Assembly: GCA_030704615.1 (NCBI GenBank) | Contig: CM060733.1 | Span: forward strand, 3,410,001-3,474,000 | Source: Takakia lepidozioides | Lineage: Eukaryota > Plantae > Bryophyta | Length of the DNA stretch: 64,000 nt | Reading direction: 5' to 3' | Part shown: in pieces, positions 12,067 through 25,692 of the stretch | Layout of the letters: the number at the start of each line of letters is the position of its first letter | Position numbering within the stretch: the first letter of the stretch is position 1 | Position numbers and translations under genes: made by a program | Notes under the pieces: generated by a model | Databases searched by the model: none | Told to the model about the DNA's origin: nothing | Seen by the model: only the letters and a program-made list of their open reading frames with translations

Positions 12067-14153
12067 ATTGGAGACCAGCTTATGTTCACTTTCATAGAAG
12101 ACTCTTCCAAGTCCAAAGTCCATGATGCGACTGGCTGTGAGAAAGGTGTTGTTCACCCGCAACCAACATTACATCAAAAGTATCTCCCTCCATACCAATA
12201 ACCCCGCTAACCCCACTGTCGTCTTGGTGATGCAAAAAAATTATGTTAGCCTAGGGTATCATCTAAAAAGTTGCTGATCCCTATGCTGTGAGAATGGCAG
12301 AAATTTTGTGAATTCATGTGGAGTGTAGAGGGTAAGTGAGGATGTGTAAGCAAACTTCAGCATGATTGTGATGTCCACTGGCCTGAGCGGGCTGCTGCCA
12401 GAACACGAACTGACAATTTTGTGAAGGTGCGAGCTTAGAGTGCGGACGAAGCAGAAACGCTGGAACCTGAAATTGGAATTGGAAGCATCACGCATGGAGA
12501 AGTTGGTGGTGGCAGCTTGCCTTTGCCTAGTCTTCTGAAAGAAATAGACAAGTCATCTTTTCCCTTGCAAATTATTGTGACATGTTGTTGTCGAATAATT
12601 CAGATACCGTTAACATTCTAGAATTAACAAGCCGCTAGTAGCGTATGGCTCCTCTTTGTGAATAATGTAATCTACATCCATAATAAACTTGAGAATTCGT
12701 CCATTTATTTTTCATAAGTTGTTCCGAAGAATTAATAAAATAATGCCACGTGTACATATCTTGGGCGTCGATTGCTGTCGCATCTTCGATTGAAGTATAA
12801 CTGGAACTTTGAAATCGAGCTTCAGTTACTAGACATGGCCAGATAAAAGTTTGAGACTTGAGTAGATCAGATGATGTGGGTTTGAATTTCTCACATGGCT
12901 TCTCTTCCTCTTGTTGTTTCCGCTCTGCAGGATCGATCCCTCCAGAAGAGATAGATATAACCGAGTATATTTACCAGCCTGATCCTTGCACTCGGGGTCA
13001 GGTAGCAGCCTTCTTTGGGGCTTCAATTCCTGGCCAGCTTTTGAAGCATTTTTTTTTTTGGGTAAGATCCAGATTAGGATCCTTTTGAAATAATTCCTTC
13101 GTTTTTCTTTTGCAGATGGCGCCTGCTGCTCCTTGATGTCCATGCTTCCCTCGAATTTCTTTGAGTGGCATTTGGTCATCGGGGTCGGACTTTTATTCCT
13201 TGGAATTTTTGAATACGCTGTGTCGACGGCACAGGCAGCTATGGAGATTTCACCAAAGCACCGGGGTTTCAAGGAAATGGCATCAACAATAATCGGTCAG
13301 GTTCAGCTTCACAGAGCGACAACTGCTCGTCAAGTTCTGGAGGGTAACACACATACATTTCCCTAAGAATCATGTGCATATTGATTGAACAAATCATGCC
13401 GGCTCTTGTTGAAAAGAAAGGAAAAACGATGGGGACATATGCCACGATGTGTTCCTTTTCTCTAATGGTAGTGTAGGTCCTTTGGGTGACAATGGCAAGG
13501 CACAGCCCTAGCGATTAGTCAAGGGGCTTTTTTGCACTACACATACCAATGGCAAATTGGATGTGTGTGAGTGAGAAAGAGATAGAAAGCTGGGGCTGTG
13601 CATCTCTGCAGGTTTCACTACCCACATTCTGTTCTTATTGCCTGCGTTTGTCTGTGTTGTGTGCAGTCCACATGAAAAAGGTGTCAGAGGTGTTTCACTT
13701 TCTTTCAATCCGTTAAAAAGTCGAGATGTGTCCCAAGCACAAGAGAGGCCTAGCGTCAGTCGTGAACATCTTCAGCCATCTTCGCCACAGGTACTTTTTC
13801 CGGACCTCCTATAGCCGGAAAGATTTGAAGGTGATATATTTGAAGCTGGATTTTGGAAGGTGAAGCTTGAAGCAGCAACCTCTAAATCTGCTGTTACCAA
13901 TGCCCTGCAATGGGTGATGGGAATTCCTAGCGGCTACCAAGCACAACTATAGTTTCCTAAAGATGCTAGGAGGCTAGATGTTCAGATTGTGCTTACCCTA
14001 TCCATTGCAAGAGCAATCTGGAACGCCCTACAACTTTTTCATAATTTGCATCAAGATCCCTTACTATTCATGCACAATGTGATGGAAGGTATACCTTATG
14101 TCCACGATTTTCATCATGCCAGAAGGCCTTTTTTAGGATGCCCAGATCCTTCT

Positions 14154-14308
14154 TTGCACTTACTGCAAGATTCTGTTTGAAGATGAAATATTTGCATCCA
14201 AGATTGAATAGTGCTAATGCAAACCATGCCTTGCACTTACTGCAAGATTCTGTTTGAAGATGAAATATTTGCATCCATGATTGAATAGTGCTAATGCAAA
14301 CCATGCCT
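14154..14308. repeat. 77-bp near-perfect tandem duplication
   Basis: ttgcacttactgcaagattctg...aaaccatgcc at 14154 and 14231. Confidence 0.9.
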
Positions 14309-17300
14309 TATTACTGGGTCCTGCAAACTTCGAGATAGTATTCAGTTTGACGTGTTCAATGTATGAAAGCAATGAGTACACAGAACAGGCATGTGTTATG
14401 CACATGAGAGAACTTCAAAAGGTTGATTCCAATCGAGAAATGGTGTATCCAGAAGTTAAAGGCTTATGTGAAAGAGGGGACAAGCATACCCAGTATGGGC
14501 AAGAAAGTGTCCCATGTGCAGTTAATACTGGGTATGTATCACAAGGTGCAGTTCCAAGACACTTACTCTTACAAAAATGTTTTGTTCCTGGTTTGCAGTT
14601 TCAAGAAGCTGCCCAAAGTCGCAGGCGTACTGGTGGAGGAGAGCCACCCTTTATGGGTGGAGCATATGATCCGTGCCAGCTTCGCATGCAGCCACATCTG
14701 GCTGGAAATGATGCAACTGCAATGGATCGCTGGCCCAGTGGAGGGGAGTCTGGTAATTCATGGGAAGATTTGTATAGCATTGACTGGATGCCCAAGGAGT
14801 TCTTTCTCAAATTCAGGCAGCAGGTGCTAATTTTGAGGTAGCTTTCAGTCTGTTGCTGCCTTCTTGAGAGGGAAAAGAGACAAATTTTTCTTGGATGCAA
14901 GGGCAAAGGAGCCAAGGGACACAAGTAGAGAATGTACTCATGCCATTCCCTGCAATAGTTGCCTTGCCATTGCCTTACGGCCCTTGACCCCATGAGAACT
15001 AACCCTTGTGGATCCTTTTGTGCGGTTCGCAACCACCAGGGTTGATGACACAAGTAGAGAGAGAACGGTAGATGAAATGAAACGGAGAAAGTTTAGAATG
15101 TGCATGGGGGGCTGCAGGGGCCTGTGGGGCGAAATACAAGTATATATGGAGAGGGATTTCCAATCCCAAACAAAGGCAGATTTGTGCAAGAGTGTCAAAC
15201 TCTGCCCAGATGACTGGAAATGATGTAGTGTTCTAACATGGATCATCCTCTCAATCCTCTCTAAATCTTTAGTGAACCCCTGAATGTCAGCCGCTGACTC
15301 CCTGCGATCCTGGGTCCCCAAATTTCATAATCATACAAGGCGCGGGGGGTTACAGCCGCACCAAACAGAGATTCAATCAGGCTGGCATGGCAGATGTTTG
15401 GCTTGGTGCATTGTCGCCTGAGTTGTAGACACAGATACAGAAAACTAGAAAGAGAAATGGCTCCTTACATCTGTGTTTCTCGTCCCTTGTTCTGGGTGAA
15501 GCATTACTGCCAGGAACCTGGTGCATTGTCGTATGGCTTTAAGAAAATCATGACGACTTCTATCACTCACAATCTTCATGAGTTTGATCCTTGGCTTGGT
15601 GCTGTAATAACAGGTTCAAAAGACCAAATATGGCTAGTGCTGCTTGATGTCATGTTGTGGCTGAGTATCACATGTGGTATTTGGACCATTTATGCAACGA
15701 GTTGGTGTGTCATGGTCCGGCCTCAGTCGAGGGTTAATTCAGCATGACTCAGTTTGATGGGATGCAGATAAATGGATGTAATACTAAGCTAGTGCTCAAG
15801 CCATTAGCCACCAACAGCAAATGGAAGATCATTTGTGAACCAGAACATGGTGATCTGCGAATGCTTACCAAAAAATATCTCTTGGTCCCCTACTCAATCT
15901 TCAGGTTCCACCTCAACTGTGATTTACTTTCTCCCTTTTGCCTTGAGGAATTGATTAGTTGTATATGCAGGTTTGCTTGGTAGATTGCTCATTCAATTGT
16001 GGTTTGTGCACTTGCAAAAAAAAATGCTTAGTAGTGGGTTATAGATGTGGCTGTGAGAGAGTGCAGGTAGGAATAGGGCATGATTTTGAAAAGCACACAA
16101 CGGGCTGGAAGTGGAAGTTGACCTCGTCCTTCGGAGTAACGGGCTTAACAGAAATCAGGCACAAAAATTTACTCCCTGATTTGCATGGGTGTGTGATCAT
16201 CCACTCTCTCCCCTCTCTTCCCCTTGGCTTATATTCTCATTCTTAACATGAGTGAAATGGCAGAGAAAACCTTTCCTGTTTTGATGCTGATGCCACATTT
16301 AGCTTTTGCAAGGTATGTTGTTCTGCTTGATCTCCATCTAATCCACTAGTCATAGAAAGGACAGGTGATATATGTGTGTGTGTGTGTTGTGTTTCATTAC
16401 TGAGCTCTTTACTGGGGTCATCAAACACTGGCTTCATAGATGTTTTAGGCAATTATGCTGACAAAAAGTTGCGATGTGTGCATTGGGCAGGGCATTTGGC
16501 ACAGGGAACCAGTCGTAGGGATGAACTTTGGCCACCTCTATGCCAATGTGGAGCGGGTGGAGGCAATCCTCACACACACATGACATGGCAAAATTGTTTG
16601 CCAGTTTCATATGACTGCCTTAACCTTTTGATCTGTCAACAACCTGCACATCAAAGCATTTGCAGATTCAGCAGTACTTGACATGTCTGCACTGCCTGGC
16701 CATCCTGCTAGAGTGATACATCCATGTCAGTGGTAGCCAAATTGTACAAGCGCCACAACAAGAACAATCGATGATATTACACATTTCATATATTCCACAT
16801 GGAGAATTTCACTGGGGCTTTTGCCAATGCAGATTCACGCGTGGAGGAAAAGGTCAAGGAGCTGAACACCTGCACTTCTCATCAAAATGGCTTTTACACG
16901 ACCTCGGCACACATTTATGGACTCTGACTCTCTCACAGAAGGTTGTTTCATGGCTGAGATGAACCCAGGAATGGGTGAATAGGCTCCAGGTGTAGGAAAA
17001 AAAGAAAGACTTTTTGGATACCTATATTGGCCATGTTTAGTTAGTTGAGAGAGCAGGAAAGAACAGAGACAGCTTGAGTTAAGGGGTGCCTAATCTGGAA
17101 CATTTGGGTTGGGATATGGACAAGCTTAAAGTTCAGATATGACCAGAGCATGCTCGAGTGGACACATGGAAACCTTAAAAGCTCATGTCTAGCTGTACAT
17201 AGCTTCACTCTGTCAGGCCACAATTGCTCATGTTGTCCCACTCAAAGACAGGTTCTCATCAGTGCACAGATTTTCGTGACCATCGTCCACATGTTCAGAC

Positions 17301-17988
17301 TCTCACCTTGATTCGAGTTGATCCCCCAACCTCAGAGGTGCAGAAGAAATCCCTAACCAACAAACCAAGATATATTTGTTAGAATACAAGCAGTAATCTA
17401 ACTACTTACTAGGGCTTCGCGTTGCTCCGCACTACTAGCGACGAATTCTAAGACCTATGTTCAATTTTCACAAAAAGGGGTGGGTCATTCCCATGGTGCA
17501 TTACCGTAGGTAGACACCTAAGACTTTCAAAAGAAAGAAAAGGAAAAAAAGAAAAGAAAAAACGGGAAGCTACTTCTCACAAATCAGGCCCTTCATTATG
17601 GTTGAGGAGAAAATAACCTCTTTGATAAAGATAAAGGTAAATTTTCTTTAATGTCCAATGAATCTATAGAGCCTACTGCTCAACACAGCCCATCTAGAGG
17701 CCAATGGTCGGTTTGAAGGCACATGTTGAAGGATTGAACCCAGGATCACTAACCGAGCACAAGGCTCATGGGACCCCGGGGTGGGGAGAAGATCATACCA
17801 CACTGGACAAGGTTGATTTTTCTTTATATATATGCGGTAACTCGTATTAAATCAAGGGAAATAACCTTGGGAGAACTTTAAGGCCTTACCAGAAGGTGGG
17901 TAACATACCTGGGGAAAGATATTTTTTAGTTTGGTAGGTGAAACAGCTGTCTGGAGTGTTTTCTGGCTGCTGTATTACCCTGAGATTA

Positions 17989-20900
17989 TTACCAGTAGTC
18001 CCCACAAGAACACACCCCATTGTTGAAGTGATGAAAGCAGATGGCATCCCTTGCAATAATTTCTCGTGCAACAATTTTGGATATCAACTTGGTGCGGCAC
18101 TCCCCACATACACATAGGTTTTTAATGATGCGGATAGGGGTCCTAGGGGGTGTGCTAATGAGCCCAAAAGCTATGGCCAGCTTTTCGCTGTGGTGGTAAA
18201 GAGTCTGTTCCTTCATCTGCTGATCCACATCACGCAACACAAAGCGTGTCTCAGGCACATATCCAGCCTCCTTAATCTGCCAAGTCAATCTCTCTAACGC
18301 ATCATAGATCTCCTCTGCTTGTGGGTGAGATCTATCTCCAACGGCAAATGTATACATCTTGTGATTCCACCTTGAAAATACATTCTGCAGCACACTCTGC
18401 TAACTCCACATTTCCATAGATTCTGCAGGCACCAAGCAAGGCCCCCCACACTGAAGCACCTGGTTTGAGTGCCATGTTGGCAATGAAATCTTCTTCATCC
18501 AAGCGCCCTGCACGGCCAAGGAGGTCAACCATGCAGGTGTAGTGCTTTTCTGTTGGTGTAATGCCATGCTCTTGACACATGGATTGAAAATAATGACCAC
18601 CTTCATCTACAAGGCCCAAATGGCTGCATGCAGAGAGAACACCAATAAATGTGACCTCATTTGGCTTCACACCAGTTCAAACAGTTGGAGAGCCTCGTGA
18701 CCACGCCCATGCTGAGCGTATCCTATAATCATCCAGTCCACGAGACCACATCTGGTTTAAGAATTTTGTCAAACACCTCCCGTGCATCCTCTACACTCCC
18801 ACATTTGGTATACAAATCAATGAGGGCATTCCTGACGTAGACATCTGACTCACACACAGATTTGATAATGTAGGCATGGACCCACTTGCCCTGTTCCAGG
18901 GATGCTTCACACCCTCTCTTTGCATTTGTCGAAAGAGTTTGAAAGCCTCCTCACCATGACCACTCTGTGCACATCCTCCAATCATCGCAGTCCATGAGAC
19001 CACATCTCGCTTAGGCATTCTGTCAAACACATTGAGTGCATCCATCACACTCCTACATTTGCAATACATACTGACAAGGGCATTCCCGAGTCCAACATCT
19101 GACTCAAATTCAGCTTTGATGATGCTGGCAAGGAGCTGCTTGCCCCGTTCTAAAGCCTCCGGGCCAGCACAAGCGTTGAGGACACTAATAAAGGAGACAA
19201 TATCTGCCTTCATGCCTTCTCTTTGCATGCGCTGAAAGAGTTAAAAAGACCATGACCATGCTGAGCGATCCTGCAATCATAGCAGTCCGTGAGAGCCCAT
19301 CTCGCTTGGGCATTGCACGTCAAATACTCGGGTGGCATCCGTCAAACTCTCACACCTGCGATACATGCTGACAAGGGCAGTCCCCACAGGGACATCCCCC
19401 TCAAGTCCAGCCTCAATGCACGCACATTTTGCATACATGTCCACCAGGGCAGTGTTCAGGATGACATCTGGTTCAATTCCAGCTTTGACAGTGTCACCAT
19501 GGACCTCTTTCCCCTTTTCCAGAGCTCCCAGGCTTGCACACGCATTACAAACAAAAACAAATGTTATGTGGTTGGGCTTCACCCCTTCGCACATCATTTG
19601 CTCATAGGTCTCCAAAGCCTCCAACCCGTGCATACATGTCCACCAGGGCAGTGTTCAGGATGATATCTGGTACAATTCCAGCTTTGACGATGTCACCATG
19701 GACCTCTTTCCCCTTTTCCAGAGCTCCCAGGTTTGCACACGCATTGCAAGCAAAAACAAACATTCTGTGGTTGGGCTTCACCCCTTCGTACATCATTTGC
19801 TCATAGGTCTCCAAAGCCTCCATCCCGCACCCTTGTTGTGCATAGCCTGCAATCATCGCACTCCACGACACCACATCTCATTCAGCCATACTTTCGAGCA
19901 CTCCCTTTCCTCGATGCACGCACATTTGACATACATTTCCACCGTTGAAGAAGGGCCTTCATTAGCAGTGCCTTCATGAAGCCTTAACCCCATGGGAACT
20001 CTGGAAATCTTCATATTTGAAAAATGGGGCACATTAGATGTGTTAATATTTCACTGGAGATTCCAGTTCCTCGGACACCTGACTATCAGTGGGAACAGTC
20101 GCTCCAAAACTACTAAGGTGATGCCCGCAACAGTTGAACACCATACAAATTGAGCAACTTAGGATAATGTGAGTGTGCACCTGCTTTGTCACAGGGTGCA
20201 CATGTTCACCAGGGCAGTGTACAATTCCAGCTTTGACGATGTCACCATGGACCTCTTTGCCCTTTCCAGGGCTGCCAGGCTTGCACAGGCATTGCAAACG
20301 GAAACAAACGTGATGTGGTCGGGCTTCACCCCTTCCCCCATCATTTGCTCATAGGTTTCCAAAGACTCCATCACGCGCCCTTGCTACGCATACCCTGCAA
20401 TCATCGCACTCCACGACACCAAATCTCGTTCAACCATACTGTCAAACACTCCCTCCGCATCCTCGATGCACCCACATTTTGCATACATATCCACAAGGGT
20501 ATTGTTCAGAATCACATCTGGTACAGTTCCAGCTTTTGCGATGCAACCATGCACCACTTTGCCCTTTTCCAGGGCTGCCAGGCTTGCAAATGCAAAGACC
20601 TGATGTGGTCGGGCTTCACCCCTTCCACCATCATTTGCTCACACGTCTCCAAAGCCTCCATCCTGCGCCCCTGCTGTGCATACCCTGCAAGCATCGCATT
20701 CCACGACACCACATTTCATTCAACCATATTGTTGAACACTGCCTTTGCATCCTTGATGCTCCAACATTTGGCATACATGTCCACGAGGGCATTGTTCAGA
20801 ATGACATCGGGTACAATTCCAGCTCTGACAATGTCGAAGTGGGCCTCTTTGCCCTTTTCCAGAGCTGCCAGGCTTGCACACGCATTGCAAACACACACAA

Positions 20901-21640
20901 ACGTGATGTGGTTGGGCTTCACCCCTTCCCCCATCATTTGCTCATAGGTCTCCACAGCCTCCACCCCACGTCCCTGCTGTGCATACCCTGCAAGCATCGC
21001 GCTCCACGACACCACATCTCGTTCAGCCATATTGTTGAAAACTGCCTTGCATCCTTAATGCACCCACATTTGGCATACATGTCCACTAGAGCAGTGTTCA
21101 GAATGACATCTGGTACAATTCCAGATTAGACGATGTCATCATGAACCTATTTCCCCTTTTCCAAGGCTCGCACATGTATTGCAAACACAAACGAACGTGA
21201 TGTGGATGGGCTTCACCCCTCGTGTGCACCTGCTTTCCAGCTTCAAGGCCTTTCATCTTGATGCACTTATGCAAAAGACAGACATACGTATCTGAATCTG
21301 CTGAAATTCCTCCTTGGTTTAAAGTCTGTAGATCCTCTTTCAGTCTGCCTGCCTCACAAAGCATCTTCACATGTCCAGAAGTGCCAGAAGAGGCATTGTG
21401 GACTCCCTCTCTTGATCCTCTTCCAGAAGCTGTGGTCAGGGTTGAGGTGCCTGATTTTATCAACTGTACCGCTGCAGCTGCTGCCTTTAATTGACCATCT
21501 ACGCATGCAGGTTTCTTGTAGCTATTGATCCATAGGAAATCATACGTAATCTTGTGCTTGAAATCTGGCCCTCTTGGATATCTGGACCCACACTCTATCC
21601 CTTCTCCTTCAGCTATCCATTGCCTCTGCACAAATCATAC
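17989..21640 (-). pseudogene. PLS-class pentatricopeptide repeat protein with E and DYW deaminase domains (organellar C-to-U editing factor type), heavily frameshifted
   Basis: Many PLS motifs (DVVSWSAMLAGYAQQG, KPNHITFVCVCNACASL, NALVDMYAKC), E-domain WGALLGACRIYGN, DYW motifs HSEKLAIAFGL and CGEC, and C-terminal CSCGDYW-stop at 17989. Split over more than 10 short ORFs. Confidence 0.9.
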
Positions 21641-22165
21641 ATTCATCTTTGCCCTTGCTGCTAGCAGCTGACAATGACAGCCTAGATTTGTTCTAGGAAA
21701 CACCCAATCACACTAGTTCCTATGCTGAATTGCGTCTACTACTCTCTAGCAGGCATTCAACGTTTTGCCTCTGTTGTCCCACCATTGACTGGGGGCAGAA
21801 AAGTATTCATTCCACACCCTCTCCTCATCTTTGTTACCTGTTGTTGGATACTTTCCTGTTATCGCATTGGCAGTATCATGTCAAAGTCACTCCAAACTAG
21901 ATTCAGTCAACCAGCTAACTTGCAGAATTCAACATGGAAATTTAGGACTGACGGCATGAAGTTCTTCCAACAGACATCCCAACCCTACTTATTACAGTAG
22001 TTCCAAATCTGAATTTCATCTGCTTCTCTCTGTAGTCCAACAGGCATTCACCTTTTTGTCTCCATTGTCCCACCAGTGACTCGGGTCGGAAAAGTGTTCG
22101 TTCCAAAGCTTCTCCTCATCTCTGTTATCTGTTTTGCACCCACATTATGAGAGAGAGAGAGAGAG

Positions 22166-24096
22166 CGTACTGATAAGACGTTGTTTTCTGTAAAGAAAGA
22201 TTGTACTCATAAGACGTTGTTTGCCGTAGCCTTGTGGCCATTGACCCCGCGCCCAGTTTGAGCGGGAACAAAAGGGACAGAACCTACCTCTGTCAGGGGC
22301 TGACGTTGGTAGTAAGACTTACCTCCGTATAAAGAATTAATCCGGGTTTTCCAGATATCCTCTAGAAATCCCTTCACACAAGCATCAATCTGCTGTGTGT
22401 GATTTGCCTTGCAGCTGACCCCACCATCTGACCTTGAATTCATCTCGTCGGGAGCTTAAGGACGGAATGCCAAACTCACCCCGAACAGCCACATTGGCTG
22501 TTTTGGAGCATGCTGACATACACTCCTTAAGCACCCCCACTTGAATGGATTCTAGAGACTTAGCCTGGTTGGAGTTATCAACCCATATAGCAGATCCGTA
22601 CTCCAAGGCAGGTCTAATAACGCGACAAAGCATGGTTTTCTTAACCTCAAGTTGACCCCTCTGCAGTGGAAAAATTTAGTGAGCCCCAGAGCTTTGCCCT
22701 TGCCAGTTTGAACAACTTTCCAGATATGTGCATCCCAATTACAATTGGAGGAGAACTCAACGCCCAGGTAAGTGTAGGAAGGGAGGACCGGGATCTCTTG
22801 GCTACCCCACTGCCACTTAAGATCACTTCCTCCCTCTCCTCTGTCGTTGAATGCTACCACAGCACATTTGCTGACATTAGCCTCTAGCCCCCAAAGATCA
22901 AAGTATCTCTTCGCGCAATCAATCAACTCCTGGAGATTGGTTGGAGTCTCCCCTATGCCTGCGAAGTCATCCGCAAACATAAGGGCTGGTATGGTGGTAT
23001 CACCCACCCTTACCCCAAATCCCTCACTTTCCACATCCTCAAGGAGTTGATTGATGAAAACATTGAAGAGCAGAGGGGAGAGAGTACAACCTTGAGCTAC
23101 ACCTTGGTCTATGTCAAAGAAGTTGGACTTCTGTCCGTTAACAGTGACAGCTTTTGGTGTGAGCATACAAGTTGTGGACAACTCTCCACATCTTTCCCTT
23201 GATCCCACAAGACCAGAGGCGGAACCATAGGCCATCTCTCCACACAGTGTCATAAGCCTTTTTGACATCCAGGAAAAAGACATAAGTGGGTTTCCCTTCT
23301 TTTTTCCTTCCCTGGATAATCTGGCTTAGAGTGAAGATATGATCCACACAGCCCCTGTTTCGCCGAAAGCCAGCTTGGCCTTCGTGGAAACAACCTCTAG
23401 ACTCCAGATCAACCTCGAGACGAGTACTTATAACTCTGCAGAATGTCTTGCCAACAGCATTGAGGAGCGTGATGCCACGGTAGTTCCCCGGTTCTTCTCT
23501 GTCACCCTTCTTGTATAGATTGACAATGACCCCCTGTCGCCAGCGAAAGGGGATCATTTCAGTCTTCCAGATAAGGTTAAAGAGGAGAACTAGGGCCTCT
23601 ATCATGGGATCGCCACCGTGCTTGATAAGCTCGTTGACAATACCATCAGGTCCACCAGCTTTATATCCATTTAAATGTTCAATTGCTTCCACAATCTCAG
23701 AAGAACTAATGGGAGCATTATAAGCCAAATATACTCCAGTTCATCAGGGCTGTTTTGAATCATAGGGACAGTTTTTCCAACTGTGTCCCTCCATTCAGCA
23801 GAAGACCCCTCACTGTTAGACCTAGAAGTTCTGCCAAGGATACTGTAGTGAGTTTCAAAGGTTTTGACAATGTCAACCGATGAAGTCACCGCTGCACCTT
23901 TAGTAGTCTTCAGCGCTTGTACTTGCTGACCGTTTTTCGGCTTGTACAAACGTTGAAGGGCCAACCAGAATTTCTCGTCATTACCACCATGGTGGTTTGA
24001 GTTTATTTCACTGTATAACTTGTCCCAGTATACTTTCTTCTGAGACCTAACAAGCTGATTGATATCTTTACGGAGCTGGTAGTACCTCGCCCACAA
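22166..24096 (-). mobile_element. 5'-truncated, internally deleted non-LTR retrotransposon (LINE; RTE/RTEX-like reverse transcriptase)
   Basis: RT motifs KAGGPDGI, NYRGITLL, QAGFRRNRGCVDHIF, FLDVKKAYD, GVAQGCTLSPLLF, MFADD, YTYLGV across frameshifted ORFs. (GA)n tracts flank both ends. Confidence 0.9.
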
Positions 24097-25329
24097 GAGA
24101 GAGAGAGAGAGAGGGTGCCGTGACCCAGAGGGCGTCTACCTGAGGCTTCTGACCTCAGAAAAGGAAGTTGAGAAGTCTTATGTGGGTAGTGCTTTTGTAC
24201 ATCCAGTGGCCTGACTGGTTCAACAAGGCTTTGGTGCATTCAAGAATTGAGAACAAGAGATGGCTCATGCTTCAAAATTGATTTCGAAGCTTGGTCTCTT
24301 TTAGTACTTTGTGACTTTTCTTTCTCACTCTGCAGAGTTAATACAATAACAGATGACAACAAGGACCCAGCCTACATTGCTATATGGGTGAAGGAAGAAA
24401 CTTTTGTACAGACTACTGACATGTGCATAGGACAATTGCTGAATTCGCAGGGAGACACACAAAAGAAGGGAAAACCAGAAAAGGGAATATGTCACAATTT
24501 CAGTGAAGGAAGTTTGGAGGTAGGTTTGGCACTACCACAAGCCACCGTGGCAGGGCTGGTTTGGAGACGTGGCCTTATCAAGATTCGCCAACTGTTCCTG
24601 CATGTTCCAAGAACAAGCTGTCATCTTCATGAAAGAGTCATGCCGGACACGCTAGTGCTTGCTTACTCTGACAAATACGCCCACTGTTAAGTCTGAAGAA
24701 CAAGACACTCACTATACTGGCGTCCAACTTCCATTCTGGGGAGATTATCAAGATTCTTTCCTTATCTCTATGTGAGTGATGCCAGGATACTCAGTCAAGC
24801 AGGATTTGCAACAAACAACAAAACATGGAAAACCCACCAGAAGAAGATTTGTCCCTGAGTCCCGTCTTTTGAAGAATCGGCCTTCAAAATATTGTGCCTG
24901 CTCTCCTGCTGCCACATCGGGCAGTCACTTGTCAAAGTCACTCCAAACCACCACAGATCCACCCAACGAGCTAACTTACAGAATTCAATATGCATCTCAG
25001 GGCCGAGTCTGATGAGAGGGCAAAACAGGCTGAAATAGGTTGAAGAAGACGGTGCCCTCACCACATTGTCCTTGACCTTGTGACCCATGGAGACCATCAA
25101 CCCAAAAGGACCTCTTGTGTGTGCTGCTTGTGTCTTTAGTCAGGTAATGTCGGATTGGTCTGTGTGAACCACCACGGTGCAGCTAAGCAGGCAGAGATTG
25201 AAACACGGCCTGCTAAGACCAAGCTGACTCTCCCAAGAACCTTGTAAACATTAGGAAGAATACCAAATCATGGTAGTAACAGGAGCCAAGAGCCCACATT
25301 TGTAGGATATACAAACTTCTACACATCGT

Positions 25330-25595
25330 ACAGTCTCCAATGCCTCCATCCCACATCCATGCTGGGCAAACCCTGCGACCATCAGATTCCAAGAGACTAA
25401 TTTTGCTAAGCCATACTGTCGAACACTGCCTTTGCATTCTTCACACTTGGCATACATGTCCACCACAATAGTGTCCAGAATGATAGTTGGCATGACTCCA
25501 ACCCTGCTTCAATGATCTTCCCGTAAAGCTGTCTGCCCTGCTCCAAGGCTGCTGGGGGAGCACATGTCTCTGCGAGTTCATTACAACCGAACACA
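25330..25595 (-). pseudogene. Isolated PPR motif relic
   Basis: ALEQGRQLYGKIIEAGLES, VDMYAKC and VSWNLMVAGFAQHG in shifted frames. Confidence 0.7.
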
Positions 25596-25602
25596 CAGAA
25601 AT

Positions 25603-25692
25603 GACGACGATGACATGGCTTACGACGATGACGTGGCTGACGACGATGATGTGGCTGACGACGACGATGATGTGGCGACGATGACGTGGAAC
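25603..25692. repeat. ~18-bp tandem repeat (gacgacgatgacgtggct, ~5 units)
   Basis: Seen directly in the sequence. Confidence 0.85.

Noticed and set aside
12829-13272. 147-aa minus-strand ORF as a gene
   Set aside because: Basic low-complexity sequence with a possible donor site but no recognisable domain; unsupported without expression data.
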